A DNA stretch of 64,000 nucleotides, taken from assembly GCA_964543295.1 (NCBI GenBank), contig CAZIXA010000011.1:999-64998 (forward strand), in the 5' to 3' direction. Every line of letters starts with the position of its first letter. The first letter of the stretch is position 1. Below the pieces are notes generated by a model, which was given only the letters and a program-made list of their open reading frames with translations, ran no database searches and was not told the DNA's origin. Origin of the DNA: an uncultured Clostridia bacterium. GTDB lineage: Bacteria; Aerophobota; Aerophobia; Aerophobales; AE-B3A. Below, one piece after another: positions 1 through 10,202 of this stretch. A program made the position numbers and the translations under genes.

Positions 1-678
1 TGCTTTGGAAGTCAATTTACCTACTATATCCCAGGGTCGGACAATTCTCGGTAATTTCGAGGAAGGTACTTTAAAGACATCGCAAAGCTCTTCTGACCAG
101 CTCATTTTTTCTGTATCGCTAAAACCACTAAAATGAATATAAGTATAATCTATAAAGGCTTCCTCTCCCCTTAATCCAGTCATCTTCCCTGCTACATAGC
201 ATGCAGGAACAACGAATTTGTATATCCTGTCGAATACCTCTTTACGTTCCTTCTTCCACCATAAAATCTTGGGACCATGAGCATAAATAGGAGCACATCC
301 AGTTTTTTCTAGAACTAAATTACCCGCCCTTTCCCTCATAAACTCAATATATGTCTCACATCTCGTATCCAGCCAGGAATCATAGCGAATAGCCGGCTTC
401 CACTCCCTATCAATACCTCCGATGCCAGACATCTGACCGTCAAAGGCGATTGCTGCTACATCCTTAGGGTTAATTTTACTTATTGTGACTGCTTCTTTGA
501 TGGTATTCACCGCTGACTGATAAAAATCATTCTGATCCTGTTCTACCCAGCCTGGCTTAGGATAATAAATTCTAGATTCTTCATAAGCGTCAGCGACCAT
601 TCTCCCTTCTGTGTCAAAAATAGCCGCTTTTGTTCCAGCCGTTCCAGTATCTACTCCAATAAGATAAGATTTAGACAA
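1..678 (-). CDS. FGGY-family carbohydrate kinase, N-terminal 226 codons (3' part lies beyond the window edge)
   Basis: Not in the ORF track because it runs off the window. The reverse strand reads TTG(678-676) SKSYLIGVDTGTAGTKAAIFD...PGWVEQD, the FGGY N-terminal DxGTxxxK motif. GGAGG lies about 7 nt upstream. Confidence 0.85.
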   Translation of the reverse strand, partial: MSKSYLIGVDTGTAGTKAAIFDTEGRMVADAYEESRIYYPKPGWVEQDQNDFYQSAVNTIKEAVTISKINPKDVAAIAFDGQMSGIGGIDREWKPAIRYDSWLDTRCETYIEFMRERAGNLVLEKTGCAPIYAHGPKILWWKKERKEVFDRIYKFVVPACYVAGKMTGLRGEEAFIDYTYIHFSGFSDTEKMSWSEELCDVFKVPSSKLPRIVRPWDIVGKLTSKA

Positions 679-691
679 GAAATTTCCTCCC

Positions 692-1316
692 TTAAGGATA
701 TATCATTATTTTTAACCCTTGCCTTGAATAAGATACCTCTACAGCTTCTTTAATTTGATCCAAAGAAAATTGATGAGTTATTACCTTAGATAAAGGAAGG
801 TGCTTCGAGGCAATAATATTTACTACTTCACGGAATTGGATATTCGAAGCACCACTTGTACCAGTAACCAAAATATGTTTACGATGTAACAAATTGGAGG
901 GAAAATCCTTGACCCATTCATTTTTTGGGAGACTACCAAAAAAGTTAACTCTTCCTCCAACAGCGGCAACCTCAATAGCTTGTCTCTGAGCATTAGCTAC
1001 GGGTACAGCTACAACCGTTACATCTACTCCTTTCCCCCGCTTAAACTTCTGATTTTCTCTTCCCAGGATACTTTAGTGGGATCAACTACAGCATCAGCTC
1101 CAAATTTTTTTGCCAGATTACCCCCGAATTGAGAGACCTCACTTACCATTATTATGCTCGCTCCAAAAAAAACGGGCAAGTATGTCTACAAGAAGAAAGA
1201 AAACAAATGAACACGGTTTTTCCACTAAGATGTCGGTTAAAGCTTTCCCTCGTCTTATCTTAAGGTGGCATAGGGCAAGCTCTATCTACAAAAAGATCAA
1301 AAGCTATATCAAGTAG
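692..1316 (-). pseudogene. MDR zinc-dependent alcohol/polyol dehydrogenase remnant (frameshifted, Rossmann region degraded)
   Basis: The 66-aa ORF 692-892 is an MDR C-terminus. Upstream reverse frames read GKGVDVTVVAVPVANAQRQAIEVAAVGGRVNFFGSLPKNEW and, in another frame, AKKFGADAVVDPTKVSWEEKIRSLSG. The frame break is at the C-run 1034-1038. No intact GxGxxG or catalytic N-terminal domain. Confidence 0.7.
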
Positions 1317-1359
1317 TCTTTTCGACCCCTCCTATACCTCCTTTAGGTTTTTAAAAAGA

Positions 1360-2907
1360 TTACTCCACTGTCCTGGAAGCGGTGTGGATAAGGTCCTGCA
1401 CTCGATCGTAAAATTTGCTATAAACCTCAGAGTACAGCTTATCATAGAGCTGACTTTTCTCAGGGTCCGGCAAAAATCTTTTATCTACATGAACCATCGC
1501 CTCAACTGCCTGCTGAAAGCTGGAATATACCCTGCCCCCCTTTGCCGCACACATGGCTGCTCCCAGGGCAGTGGTCTCCACAGTTTTCAGAGTAGAGACC
1601 TCAACACCCAGTAGATCGGCAAATATCTGATTCCAGATAGAGCTTTTCGCTGACCCTCCGTACATTCTTATCCTGGTAATGGAAACCCCAGAACCTTTTT
1701 CCATAAATTCTTTTTTACGTCGGGACTCAAAGGCAAGTCCTTCCAGAATAGCCCTTACAAGATGGGGTCTGCCATGGTCAAGGAGAAACCCGAAAATAAC
1801 CCCTCTTGCTCTTAGATCCCAGTAAGGAGAGGCTGCACCAGAATAATAGGGAATTAACATAAGCCCGTTATTCCCGGGAGGAGCTTGAGTAGCCAGATTG
1901 TAGAGTCTATCCCAGAGATCTTTTTTTTCCTTTTCAGCCTCTTCAACTTCCTCTCTGGCAAAGTTATTCTTAAACCAGTTCATGAGAGCTGACCCTCCAC
2001 TCCATATCGAGTCTTCCAGAAGCCAGTCCCCCGTGGGGCTGATCTCTATAAAATAGTTTAAATTAGGATCCAGTTTAAGCTCTTTCGCGTAAGCTTCCAG
2101 AGAACAGGAGGTTCCCCCATTTATAGCCAACATTCCCTGCTTATTAACCCCGGCTCCTAATGCTCCACAGGGTTGATCTCCAGCAGTGGTCACTACAGGA
2201 AGCCCTGAAGGAAGACCGGTAGAGTTTGAGGCTTCGCGGGTAATTTTCCCCACTACCTCCCCTCCAGGAAGAATCTCATCCACCCAGAGCTTAACCGGGA
2301 TGTCAAAAAGATCAAGAATATCTTCAGCCCACTTAGTAGGAGAGGTCACATCTAAGCAGCCGGTCTGAATGGCAGAACTTGAGGCAGTAACTAGTTTTCC
2401 TGTTAGTTTGTAGATTATGTAGTCCTGGACGAGGAGAAATTTATAGGTTTTTCTGTAGATCTCCGGTTCATTTTCCTTAAGCCACATAGCCTTGTAGACT
2501 GTCCAGATACTGGGAAAATTTCCTGTGCGGGAGTAGATCTTCTCTCTCCCTATTTTTTCTCTTGCCCACTCATTTTGTCTCGTGCATCTTATATCATTCC
2601 AGAGAATAGCATTGCGAAGGGGTTCTATTTTCTCATTTACCGGGACAGTAGTGATTCTCTGGTGGGTTATACCTATGGCAACGATCTTTTCTCTGTCGAT
2701 ATTTATCTGGTTTAGAGCCTCTTTTGTAGCTTGCTGGAAAGCCTGCCACCACCACTCTGCTTTTTGCTCCGCCCAGCCAAGTCGGGACTGGAGAAGAAGG
2801 TAAGAGGCTCTTCCCTCGCCTTGCCGGTTTCCCTCTTCATCAAAGACTATAACTTTGGTAGAGGTAGTGCCAACATCAACCCCTATCACGAAAACATTTT
2901 CTCTCAA
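1360..2907 (-). CDS. FGGY-family carbohydrate kinase (xylulokinase/polyol-derived ketose kinase-like)
   Basis: 515 aa with VIGVDVGTTSTKVIVFD at the N-terminus and YGGSAKSSIWNQIFADLLG at the C-terminus (FGGY signatures). TTG start with AGGAG upstream. Confidence 0.9.
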   Translation of the reverse strand: MRENVFVIGVDVGTTSTKVIVFDEEGNRQGEGRASYLLLQSRLGWAEQKAEWWWQAFQQATKEALNQINIDREKIVAIGITHQRITTVPVNEKIEPLRNAILWNDIRCTRQNEWAREKIGREKIYSRTGNFPSIWTVYKAMWLKENEPEIYRKTYKFLLVQDYIIYKLTGKLVTASSSAIQTGCLDVTSPTKWAEDILDLFDIPVKLWVDEILPGGEVVGKITREASNSTGLPSGLPVVTTAGDQPCGALGAGVNKQGMLAINGGTSCSLEAYAKELKLDPNLNYFIEISPTGDWLLEDSIWSGGSALMNWFKNNFAREEVEEAEKEKKDLWDRLYNLATQAPPGNNGLMLIPYYSGAASPYWDLRARGVIFGFLLDHGRPHLVRAILEGLAFESRRKKEFMEKGSGVSITRIRMYGGSAKSSIWNQIFADLLGVEVSTLKTVETTALGAAMCAAKGGRVYSSFQQAVEAMVHVDKRFLPDPEKSQLYDKLYSEVYSKFYDRVQDLIHTASRTVE

Positions 2908-2958
2908 ACTTTTCTCCTTAAACCCATCTAAACTTCAACAAAATTCCCGAATCTTTCT

Positions 2959-3408
2959 TTAAATAAACTCCTGGACTAACTTAGGACCTTTGCTGGTTCC
3001 CAATCTGTCAGCACCAGGGATCACTTTCACGGAAAATACAGGACCAAAGGGTAGCTCTTCTAATTTTGCTGGTACCTCACGAATGCAAAGACACTTCATT
3101 ATCTTGGTACGTACTCTTTCCACTTCCCCCTTACCTGTTCCTTTTCGAAATGCAAGGAAACATTAGCCATTTTTTTGCAATATCCCCAAATCTCTCCCCC
3201 TCACGGTACATACACCTATCTCTACCTTTCCGCCTTCAATATAAAATCCAGTTGATGTCCTCCAGAAATAGATAAATTCAGTTGGTACGAGTGCCTTATC
3301 AGGGTCTTGGGGCAGTTCTACCACCTGACCCCGTATTTTCTGAATACTTGAGATGTAAGAGGACGTATTTGTATTTTCATTTCTTTCTCCTAGGATAAGT
3401 TTTGTCAT
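2959..3408 (-). pseudogene. small cupin (cupin_3/DUF861-like) interrupted by an in-frame TAA
   Basis: ATG at 3408 gives MTKLILGE...FYIEGGKVEIGV...ILQKNG, then TAA (3165-3163). The same frame continues CFLAFRKGTGKGEVERVRTKIM... to a stop at 2959. The two halves together resemble one cupin barrel (ILEG..v / ..G..G.W.V.E.VRK). No strong RBS. Confidence 0.4.
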
Positions 3409-3445
3409 AAGTAAAGAGCACTTGAATCTCGAATAATCAATGCTT

Positions 3446-4207
3446 TTACTGAGCAGTGTAGCCGCCATCGACAGACAAGATAGCTCCGGTAGCATAGGGA
3501 GATTCATCGGAAGCCAGATAAAGAATTCCATAAGCGATTTCTTCTGGCTTTCCCAGTCTATTTGCCGGACGAACTCTTTCCAACTCTCGTCGAGCTCTTT
3601 CTGGATCAGCCTGTTTAGCTAAAGCTGAAGCTACCAAAGAGGTTTCCGTGGTTCCTGGGCAAACACAGTTCGCTCTTATATTTTGAGAGGCAAAATCCAG
3701 GGCTATGCTTTTGGTCAAAGAAATCAGTCCGGCCTTGGAGACGTTATAAGCGATCTGATTCTTGATAGCTACAATCCCGGCTTCTGAGGAGACATTAATT
3801 ACTACCCCGCCTCCCTTCTCAATCATTGGAGGAATGCAATATTTACAACAGAGAAAGGCTGCCCGCAAGTTTACCGCCATAATTCTGTCCCACTGTTCCT
3901 CATTGGTATTGATTACATCTCCTTGGACATACAGTCCCGCATTATTAACTAAAATATTAATCTTTCCGTATACTTCTATTACTTTGGTTACCATAGACTT
4001 GACCTGGGAAGGATCAGTTATATCGGTAAGTGCCAAAAGTGCTTCTTGCCCTTTCTCTCTGATCATATCAACCGTTTTCTGCCCTCTGTCTCTATCTATC
4101 TCCACGATAGCTACTTTTGCTCCTTCTTTTGAAAAAAGAAGAGCAGTTGCCCTTCCGATCCCGGAACCTGCTCCAGTAATAATAGCTACCTTATTTCTTA
4201 ATCTCAT
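3446..4207 (-). CDS. SDR-family oxidoreductase
   Basis: 253 aa with TGAGSGIGRA (cofactor motif), NNAG and YNVSKAG (catalytic YxxxK). Confidence 0.9.
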   Translation of the reverse strand: MRLRNKVAIITGAGSGIGRATALLFSKEGAKVAIVEIDRDRGQKTVDMIREKGQEALLALTDITDPSQVKSMVTKVIEVYGKINILVNNAGLYVQGDVINTNEEQWDRIMAVNLRAAFLCCKYCIPPMIEKGGGVVINVSSEAGIVAIKNQIAYNVSKAGLISLTKSIALDFASQNIRANCVCPGTTETSLVASALAKQADPERARRELERVRPANRLGKPEEIAYGILYLASDESPYATGAILSVDGGYTAQ

Positions 4208-4301
4208 CTTTTTTATTCGACTGTAAGTGGAGTGACTTACTGCTAAACCAGATAGATTAAATTACAAATTATTTACCTGTTCTATCTGAAAGAGAAACAG
4301 C

Positions 4302-4649
4302 TTATTTGGAAGGTATCCCCGACCAGAACGTGAAGTTCTCTCTATGAGGAGGCTTTCTTCTTTTCATCTCCTGGTAAAACCCATAGGTTCTCTGGACAAA
4401 TTTTTCCTGCAGTTTGGGTTTGGCTACAAAAGTGCCCCTACCCTTCTCCTTATATACGATCCCATCCTGACATAGTTTATTCAAAGCCTGACGTACAACG
4501 GTTCGGCTGACTCTAAAAGTAGAACAAAGCTCAGCTTCTGAAGGAAGGGCATCCCCGGGTTTCCATTGACCATTCTCTACTTTTTCTCTGAGCGATTGCT
4601 CAAGCTGATAGTAATAGGGAATAGGTGATAAAGCTCGCTCAGGCAGGAT
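4302..4649 (-). pseudogene. GntR-family regulator, winged-HTH domain only (no effector domain, no canonical start)
   Basis: The open frame from 4649 reads ...PYYYQLEQSLREKVENGQWKPGDALPSEAELCSTFRVSRTVVRQALNKLCQDGIVYKEKGRGTFV, then stops about 35 aa into the effector domain. The only ATG is internal, at 4484. Confidence 0.6.
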
Positions 4650-4699
4650 TCAGAGTTATTTACAGAGTATTTAGCCTTTTACTTAACAGTAGCTACTTC

Positions 4700-5014
4700 T
4701 CAGGACTTAATATATGTCTGTGCCAGCTCTTTGGTCACCCTGAGTGGTTTAGTAAGAACTCTAAAGGGAAAGCTCAACACAAAGTGAGATGGATGTTTTT
4801 TCATCTCTTCGGCCAGTCTTAAGGGCTTGGTTAAGGTTCTTCTTTCCCACTGGGAAAGTATAGATGAATAAAGCGATGCTTTAGATATTCTATATATGTG
4901 CCCGCAACTCTGACACTCGATCTTAACGATAGAATCCCCGATGTAGGTTATCAAAGTTGGGGCCTCACTCAAACACCAGCTACAGTGAAGAGTTGTCTTG
5001 ACTTCTTTGATCAT
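4700..5014 (-). CDS. hypothetical zinc-ribbon protein
   Basis: 104 aa with CxxC...CxxC (CSWC / CQSC) and an internal duplicated TKPLR(L/V) segment. Strong AAGGAGG RBS upstream of the ATG. Confidence 0.6.
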   Translation of the reverse strand: MIKEVKTTLHCSWCLSEAPTLITYIGDSIVKIECQSCGHIYRISKASLYSSILSQWERRTLTKPLRLAEEMKKHPSHFVLSFPFRVLTKPLRVTKELAQTYIKS

Positions 5015-5094
5015 GGTTTGCCTCCTTAATGTGGGTGAAAAAATCTTTTCCCATCATACTCATTTTATAATATTTTTATAAAATGTCGAGTCTT

Positions 5095-5430
5095 CAGAGC
5101 TAAGATGTCTCTACCCTATAAGCCTTTTTTGGATAGCCCAAGCATCAAAGATTCAAAAATCAAGACCTGACCCCCATAAGCTCCTTTATTCCGGCAATAA
5201 CATCTCTTTCATCAGATAAAAATGCCTTTTCCAAAACCGAAGATGAGGTTAAAGGCACCATCACCGGCAGAACATAAGGTTAGCCTCCTGTCTTCAAAGT
5301 ATCTTGAGGCCATTCCAGAGCCGACAGCCATACCCATGCTTCCTCCCACAATAGCATTTGCTCCAAGGTGACCCCTGCTAAAATCGGCTATATGCATTGA
5401 TCCTCCTCTTCCCTTGCAGTAACCGGCTTC
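5095..5430 (-). pseudogene. internally deleted near-identical copy of the E1 alpha/beta gene (13989-16352)
   Basis: 5178-5248 aligns to 13998-14068 (1 mismatch in 71). 5249-5430 aligns to 15640-15821 (5 mismatches in 182). About 20 nt of 3' flank (CAGAGCTAAGATGTCTCTACC) is also shared at 5095 and 13973. The 80-aa ORF 5212-5454 carries the E1 TPP-loop peptide. Confidence 0.9.
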
Positions 5431-5593
5431 AAGGATGAAATATCTAGGGTACATGTATCTAAAACAAAAATTTTTCGCTCAAATGAACATCTGACAATAA
5501 ACCTCCTTGGTGTCCCAAATCGTCTCCAGCCCACATAACTTGAATATATTTACCCACTGTACCTAGCAGTACTTTATAAGTAGCACAAGCAAT

Positions 5594-6376
5594 TTACTGC
5601 ATCGTTCGACCCCCTGAGACATTTATAGCTTGCCCTGTCATATAATCTGCATCAGTTGAAGCCAAAAATGCAACTACCCCTGCAACATCTTCTGGAGTCT
5701 CTATTCGACCTAAAGGAATTTCTTCAACATGTCTCTGTAAAGTTCTACCTTTAGGAACATTTGTTCTTTTTCCTATTTCCTCATCCACATAATCCCACAT
5801 TTTCGTACCAACAATCCCTGGACAAACCGCATTTACATTTATTTTATAGGGGGCCAATTCTTTAGCTAACCCTCGAGTAAACCCTAATATTCCAGCTTTT
5901 GCGGCATTGTAAGAGACGAAAAAAACATTTCCACTTTTTCCAGCCGTAGAAGAGATATTTATGATTTTACCGCTTTTTTGTTTAATCATTACTTTAGCTA
6001 TCGCTTTTGAACAAAGAAAAGTGCCTTTTAAATTTACATCAATCACAGCATTCCACTCCTTTTCCGTAAGCTCTATAATTGGCTTAACTATCACTAGCCC
6101 TGCGTTGTTAACGAGAACATTGATTTTTTTAAATTTACTTAGCGTCGCCTGAACCATCTGATTGACTTGGTTTTCGTTAACAACATCGACTTTTATTGGT
6201 AAAGTTTGGCAATTCAAAGTCTTTATCTCTTCCGCTACTTTGACAGCTCCTTTAATATTAATGTCAGCTACAACAACATTTGCCCTTTCTTTGGCTAAAC
6301 GTAAAGCAATTGCTCGCCCGATTCCTCTGGCGGCTCCAGTAACTATTGCTACTTTATTTTTTAGATCTATTTCCAA
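5594..6376 (-). CDS. SDR-family oxidoreductase (polyol/sugar dehydrogenase-like)
   Basis: 260 aa with TGAARGIGRA, NNAG and YNAAKAG. TTG start 6 nt after GGAGG. Confidence 0.9.
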   Translation of the reverse strand: MEIDLKNKVAIVTGAARGIGRAIALRLAKERANVVVADINIKGAVKVAEEIKTLNCQTLPIKVDVVNENQVNQMVQATLSKFKKINVLVNNAGLVIVKPIIELTEKEWNAVIDVNLKGTFLCSKAIAKVMIKQKSGKIINISSTAGKSGNVFFVSYNAAKAGILGFTRGLAKELAPYKINVNAVCPGIVGTKMWDYVDEEIGKRTNVPKGRTLQRHVEEIPLGRIETPEDVAGVVAFLASTDADYMTGQAINVSGGRTMQ

Positions 6377-6388
6377 AAGCTACCTCCA

Positions 6389-7933
6389 CTATTCCCCTTT
6401 TTCTTCACATATTTTTGCTAACTTATGAAAGTTTTCTTTTAGAGTAGGGTATAATTCGAGATAAATTTTAAAAAGCTTGGTATAGAATTCATGGGCTTTG
6501 GGATCTGGCCGATGATGCATCGATATTTCGAGCCAGTCCTTAATTATCTCGTAGCGTCCAAAAACTCCCACTCCTACTCCAGCTACTAATGCATCGCCTA
6601 CCGGTGCTCCTTGGACTTTCCCCATATAGATTGTGTCTACTCCCACGATATCACTTATTATCTGTCTCCATAATCTACTTTTAGCTCCTTCTTCTGCTAT
6701 CCCCATTCGAGAAAGGACCTTTCTTCCCTGATTTTTTACTAATTCAATGTTCTGGCGAGCTCCAAAACCTATTGCCTCCATTACCGCTCTCATAAGATGC
6801 CCTCGTGTGTGAACAAAGGACAATCCAAACATAACTCCTCTCGCCTCAGGATCCCAAATTGGCGTCCTCTCACCCATAAAGTAAGGAAGTATGACCAGCC
6901 CATCACTTCCTCGAGAAATTCTCTCTGCTTCCAAGTTCATAATATCATAAACATCCACCCCGAGTTCCTTTCCTGTAAAATACTCTATCTGGGCAAAGTT
7001 ATCCCTTACCCATCTATATACTCCTCCGCCAATTGAGACAGCTGCTGTCAAGTATTTTCTATTAGAATAAGCTGCATGAGCTAAGGACAGCATACCCGGG
7101 ATAAAAACAGGCTCATCATGAGCTACTCCCCAGCAGGCTGCTGTCCCTACGAAAAGCGAATTTTCTCCATCTTCAATTACTCCTGTAGAAAGCCAAGTGG
7201 CGCTTCCATCAACTGTTCCAGCAACTACTGGGGTTCCTTCCACCAATCCGGTAGTTCGTGCCGCTTCTTTACCTACTTTTCCTACCACTTTGTCGCAAGG
7301 ATATAAATCAGGTAATTTTCCCACATCCAACCCAATTTCTTTAACCAAATCCTCATCCCATTTTTTCTTTCTAATGTCAAAGACAATCCCATCCGTGGAA
7401 GCATTAGAGTAATCTGTCACAGCCTTTCCAGTCAATTTCATAAGGGGGTAATCCTTGGCATCTAGCATCTTATAAGCTTTCTTATATAATTCAAGTCGAT
7501 TATTTTTTTCCCACATCAATTTAGTAACTCCATAGTAAGGATCAATAGGGTTAGCACTTACTTCAAATATTCTCTTTTCTCCAATATTTTCCTTAAGCCA
7601 TTGACTCTCTTTGATTGCACGTCTATCCATCCAAATATGTGCATTTTGCAAGGGGTTAAGGTCCTTATCCACCAAAATACAAGCTGGAGAAAGAGCACTC
7701 AGACCCACACCTAAGATCTTTTGTGGATTGACCCTCGATTTATCAATAGAAGCCCTTATAGTTTCTGCTACAGCTCTCCAATATTGATCGGGTTCATGCT
7801 CAGCCCAACCTGCTCGAGGGATAATCAACGCATACTCTACATAATGGGAACCCAAGACTTTCCCTTTTGTATCCATAACCACTGCTTTTGTCCCCCCTGT
7901 TCCAATATCACAGCCAATTAAGTAACCCCTCAT
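6389..7933 (-). CDS. FGGY-family carbohydrate kinase
   Basis: 514 aa with LIGCDIGTGGTKAVVMD at the N-terminus and a C-terminal ...GAKSRLWRQIISDIVG signature. Confidence 0.9.
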   Translation of the reverse strand: MRGYLIGCDIGTGGTKAVVMDTKGKVLGSHYVEYALIIPRAGWAEHEPDQYWRAVAETIRASIDKSRVNPQKILGVGLSALSPACILVDKDLNPLQNAHIWMDRRAIKESQWLKENIGEKRIFEVSANPIDPYYGVTKLMWEKNNRLELYKKAYKMLDAKDYPLMKLTGKAVTDYSNASTDGIVFDIRKKKWDEDLVKEIGLDVGKLPDLYPCDKVVGKVGKEAARTTGLVEGTPVVAGTVDGSATWLSTGVIEDGENSLFVGTAACWGVAHDEPVFIPGMLSLAHAAYSNRKYLTAAVSIGGGVYRWVRDNFAQIEYFTGKELGVDVYDIMNLEAERISRGSDGLVILPYFMGERTPIWDPEARGVMFGLSFVHTRGHLMRAVMEAIGFGARQNIELVKNQGRKVLSRMGIAEEGAKSRLWRQIISDIVGVDTIYMGKVQGAPVGDALVAGVGVGVFGRYEIIKDWLEISMHHRPDPKAHEFYTKLFKIYLELYPTLKENFHKLAKICEEKGE

Positions 7934-8322
7934 TGTTCTTCATCTCCTTTTTTTCCCATCATGCCTTTCACGAAATTCGGAAATTAGCTCTATTGCTATA
8001 TTTCCGGGTATTCTATTTTTTCCTTTTGTCCCCCTCTATGAAAATCCTTGCCAGATAGGGGTTCCAAAAGTCAATTTTTCAATTTTCTTTAAAAACTATC
8101 CCTTTTTCAGAAGGATGGAGGGCAAGAATTTTTCTTGTCATATTTTGTGAAGATCTTTTATACAGAAGGCGACAAAATTTTAGTTTTGCTATTGGCTATT
8201 TCTAGCTGGGGAGCTCCCTACTTACTTCTTCGTTTCTCTCCTCGGTAGATCGCAATATAAACTCAGTGCCTCTTTTTTGCGCCCCGTGTTGGCGAAAAGT
8301 TGATATCCGTTAACTCCTTAAG

Positions 8323-8350
8323 AAATTGCCTAAAACGCAAGGGGCAATTT
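8323..8350 (-). terminator. possible intrinsic terminator after the ABC operon
   Basis: Hairpin AAATTGCC-N12-GGCAATTT directly downstream of the permease stop (8358), followed on the minus strand by only a short UUUCUU run. Confidence 0.3.
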
Positions 8351-8357
8351 GGAATCG

Positions 8358-9191
8358 TTAGCGGATGGCGCCAAAGGTTAGTCCCCTAACTAGATGCTTC
8401 TGAATAAGCAGAGCAAAGGCGAGAATAGGCAGGACCGAAATGGTCCCCACAAAACACAAAGGTCCCCACATCACTCCTTCCTCTCCTCCAATAAATTCGG
8501 TTGCTCCTACTGGAAGAGTTTTGGCCACGGGGGAGTTAGTTAATAAAACGGCAAAGAGAAATTCATTCCAGGAAAAAATAATACAAAGGATCGCCACAGC
8601 CACAATTCCAGGCATAGATAGGGGTAGGGTAATTCTAAAGAAGGAACCCAGGGTAGAGCAACCGTCAACCAAGGCTGATTCTTCGGTTTCTCTGGGTATT
8701 TCTTTAAAATAGGCACTCAGTACCAGCACCACCAGAGAGAGATTGAAAGCAGTGTAAACAACAATTAAAGCATACCAGGTGTCCAGAAAACCTAGACGGT
8801 GCATAGTCTGGAAGATAGGAATACTTATAGTGATGGGAGGAAACATCCGGGTAGAGAGAATGTAAAAAGCCAGATCTTTTCGGCCAGGGAACCTGAAGCG
8901 AGCCAGGCTGTAAGCAGCCGGCATTCCAATCAATAAAGACAGAATAGTACTGATAGCTGAAATACCTGCCGTGTTCCGATACCACTCTTTGGTAGAGCGA
9001 GTAAACCAGGCCAGTTTCCAGAAATCCAAAGTAACTTTGTGGGGAATATAGATGGGGGGGTCATGATAAATATCCAAACGCATCTTGATAGAAGTAAGAA
9101 AGGTCCACCAGAGAGGAAAAATCACTACGATAACTGCCACAATCAAAACCGCATATATCAGCACCTGGGTTCCCTGTCTTTTCGGATTCAT
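8358..9191 (-). CDS. carbohydrate ABC transporter permease (CUT1, MalG-like)
   Basis: 277 aa, multi-TM, with the EAA loop EESALVDGCSTLGSFFRITLPL. Confidence 0.9.
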   Translation of the reverse strand: MNPKRQGTQVLIYAVLIVAVIVVIFPLWWTFLTSIKMRLDIYHDPPIYIPHKVTLDFWKLAWFTRSTKEWYRNTAGISAISTILSLLIGMPAAYSLARFRFPGRKDLAFYILSTRMFPPITISIPIFQTMHRLGFLDTWYALIVVYTAFNLSLVVLVLSAYFKEIPRETEESALVDGCSTLGSFFRITLPLSMPGIVAVAILCIIFSWNEFLFAVLLTNSPVAKTLPVGATEFIGGEEGVMWGPLCFVGTISVLPILAFALLIQKHLVRGLTFGAIR

Positions 9192-9212
9192 TTTCTCCTC
9201 ACACCGGGTGAT

Positions 9213-10079
9213 TTATTCCTCTATTATAAAGCCTTTACGCAGAAGGTAATTAGCCAGGACAAAGACAACCACAAAAACAATTACTGACATAGCCGAAGTG
9301 TATCCCATTTTAAAGGATTTAAAACCAATTCTATATAAATAAAAGCTTATGGTTTCCGTGCTGCTTCCCGGTCCTCCGCCAGTGACGGCATAAATGGCAT
9401 CAAAGAACTTAATTACGTCCATACCCCGCAAAAGAAGAGCAATAACGATGATTGGTTTAAGTAAGGGTAGAGTAATATGAACAAATCTCTGTAGAGCATT
9501 AGCTCCATCTACCTCAGCGGCCTCCAGAGGCTCTGGAGGCAGTCCCTGAAGACCGGCCAGTAGAATTATAAAGACAAAAGGAGTCCAGGCCCATACATCC
9601 ATAACTATTAGCATTAATCTGGCCAGGGTGGGTTGGCCAATCCAGTTGGGGTCACCGGTTACCAGTCTCAGATGTCTCATGGCATCGCTGACCACACTTC
9701 CTCCGGGAAAGAACATCAGTCTCCATATCAGAGCCGTTACCACCGGAATAAGCATCATAGGAATTATAAATATAGCTCGAAACAAACTCCTGAGTTTGAT
9801 TTTTCGGCTTAAAAGAAGAGCTAGGGTAAATCCAATAAAGAATTCCAGAGCTAGGGCTGAGCCCCCAATAATACCGGTGTTTTTGATGCCATTCCAGAAA
9901 AAAGGGTCCTGCAGAAGCTCGGCATAATTTTCCAGACCGGCAAAATATCTTATTCGACCAAAAGGAACGGAAAAGAAACTCAAACGAACCGAATATATAA
10001 AAGGATAGAGAGTAACTCCAAGAAGTATTATCAAGGTGGGAGCAAGTAAGAAGTAAGGATAAAACCTTTTTAGTTTCAT
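9213..10079 (-). CDS. carbohydrate ABC transporter permease (CUT1, MalF-like)
   Basis: EAA loop LEAAEVDGANALQRFVHITLPLLKP. The ORF extends to 10154, but MKLKRFYPYFLLAPT (ATG at 10079) is the typical N-terminus. Confidence 0.85.
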   Translation of the reverse strand: MKLKRFYPYFLLAPTLIILLGVTLYPFIYSVRLSFFSVPFGRIRYFAGLENYAELLQDPFFWNGIKNTGIIGGSALALEFFIGFTLALLLSRKIKLRSLFRAIFIIPMMLIPVVTALIWRLMFFPGGSVVSDAMRHLRLVTGDPNWIGQPTLARLMLIVMDVWAWTPFVFIILLAGLQGLPPEPLEAAEVDGANALQRFVHITLPLLKPIIVIALLLRGMDVIKFFDAIYAVTGGGPGSSTETISFYLYRIGFKSFKMGYTSAMSVIVFVVVFVLANYLLRKGFIIEE

Positions 10080-10202
10080 AAAGGAACCCTTAGTTTTAAG
10101 ACAAGCAGGAGAGAAGGTATCCTTCTCAACACCTTCTCTCCTGACATCGAACACTCTCTTATATAGATACAGGGAAATTAGGGAAATTTATTAATTATTC
10201 TA

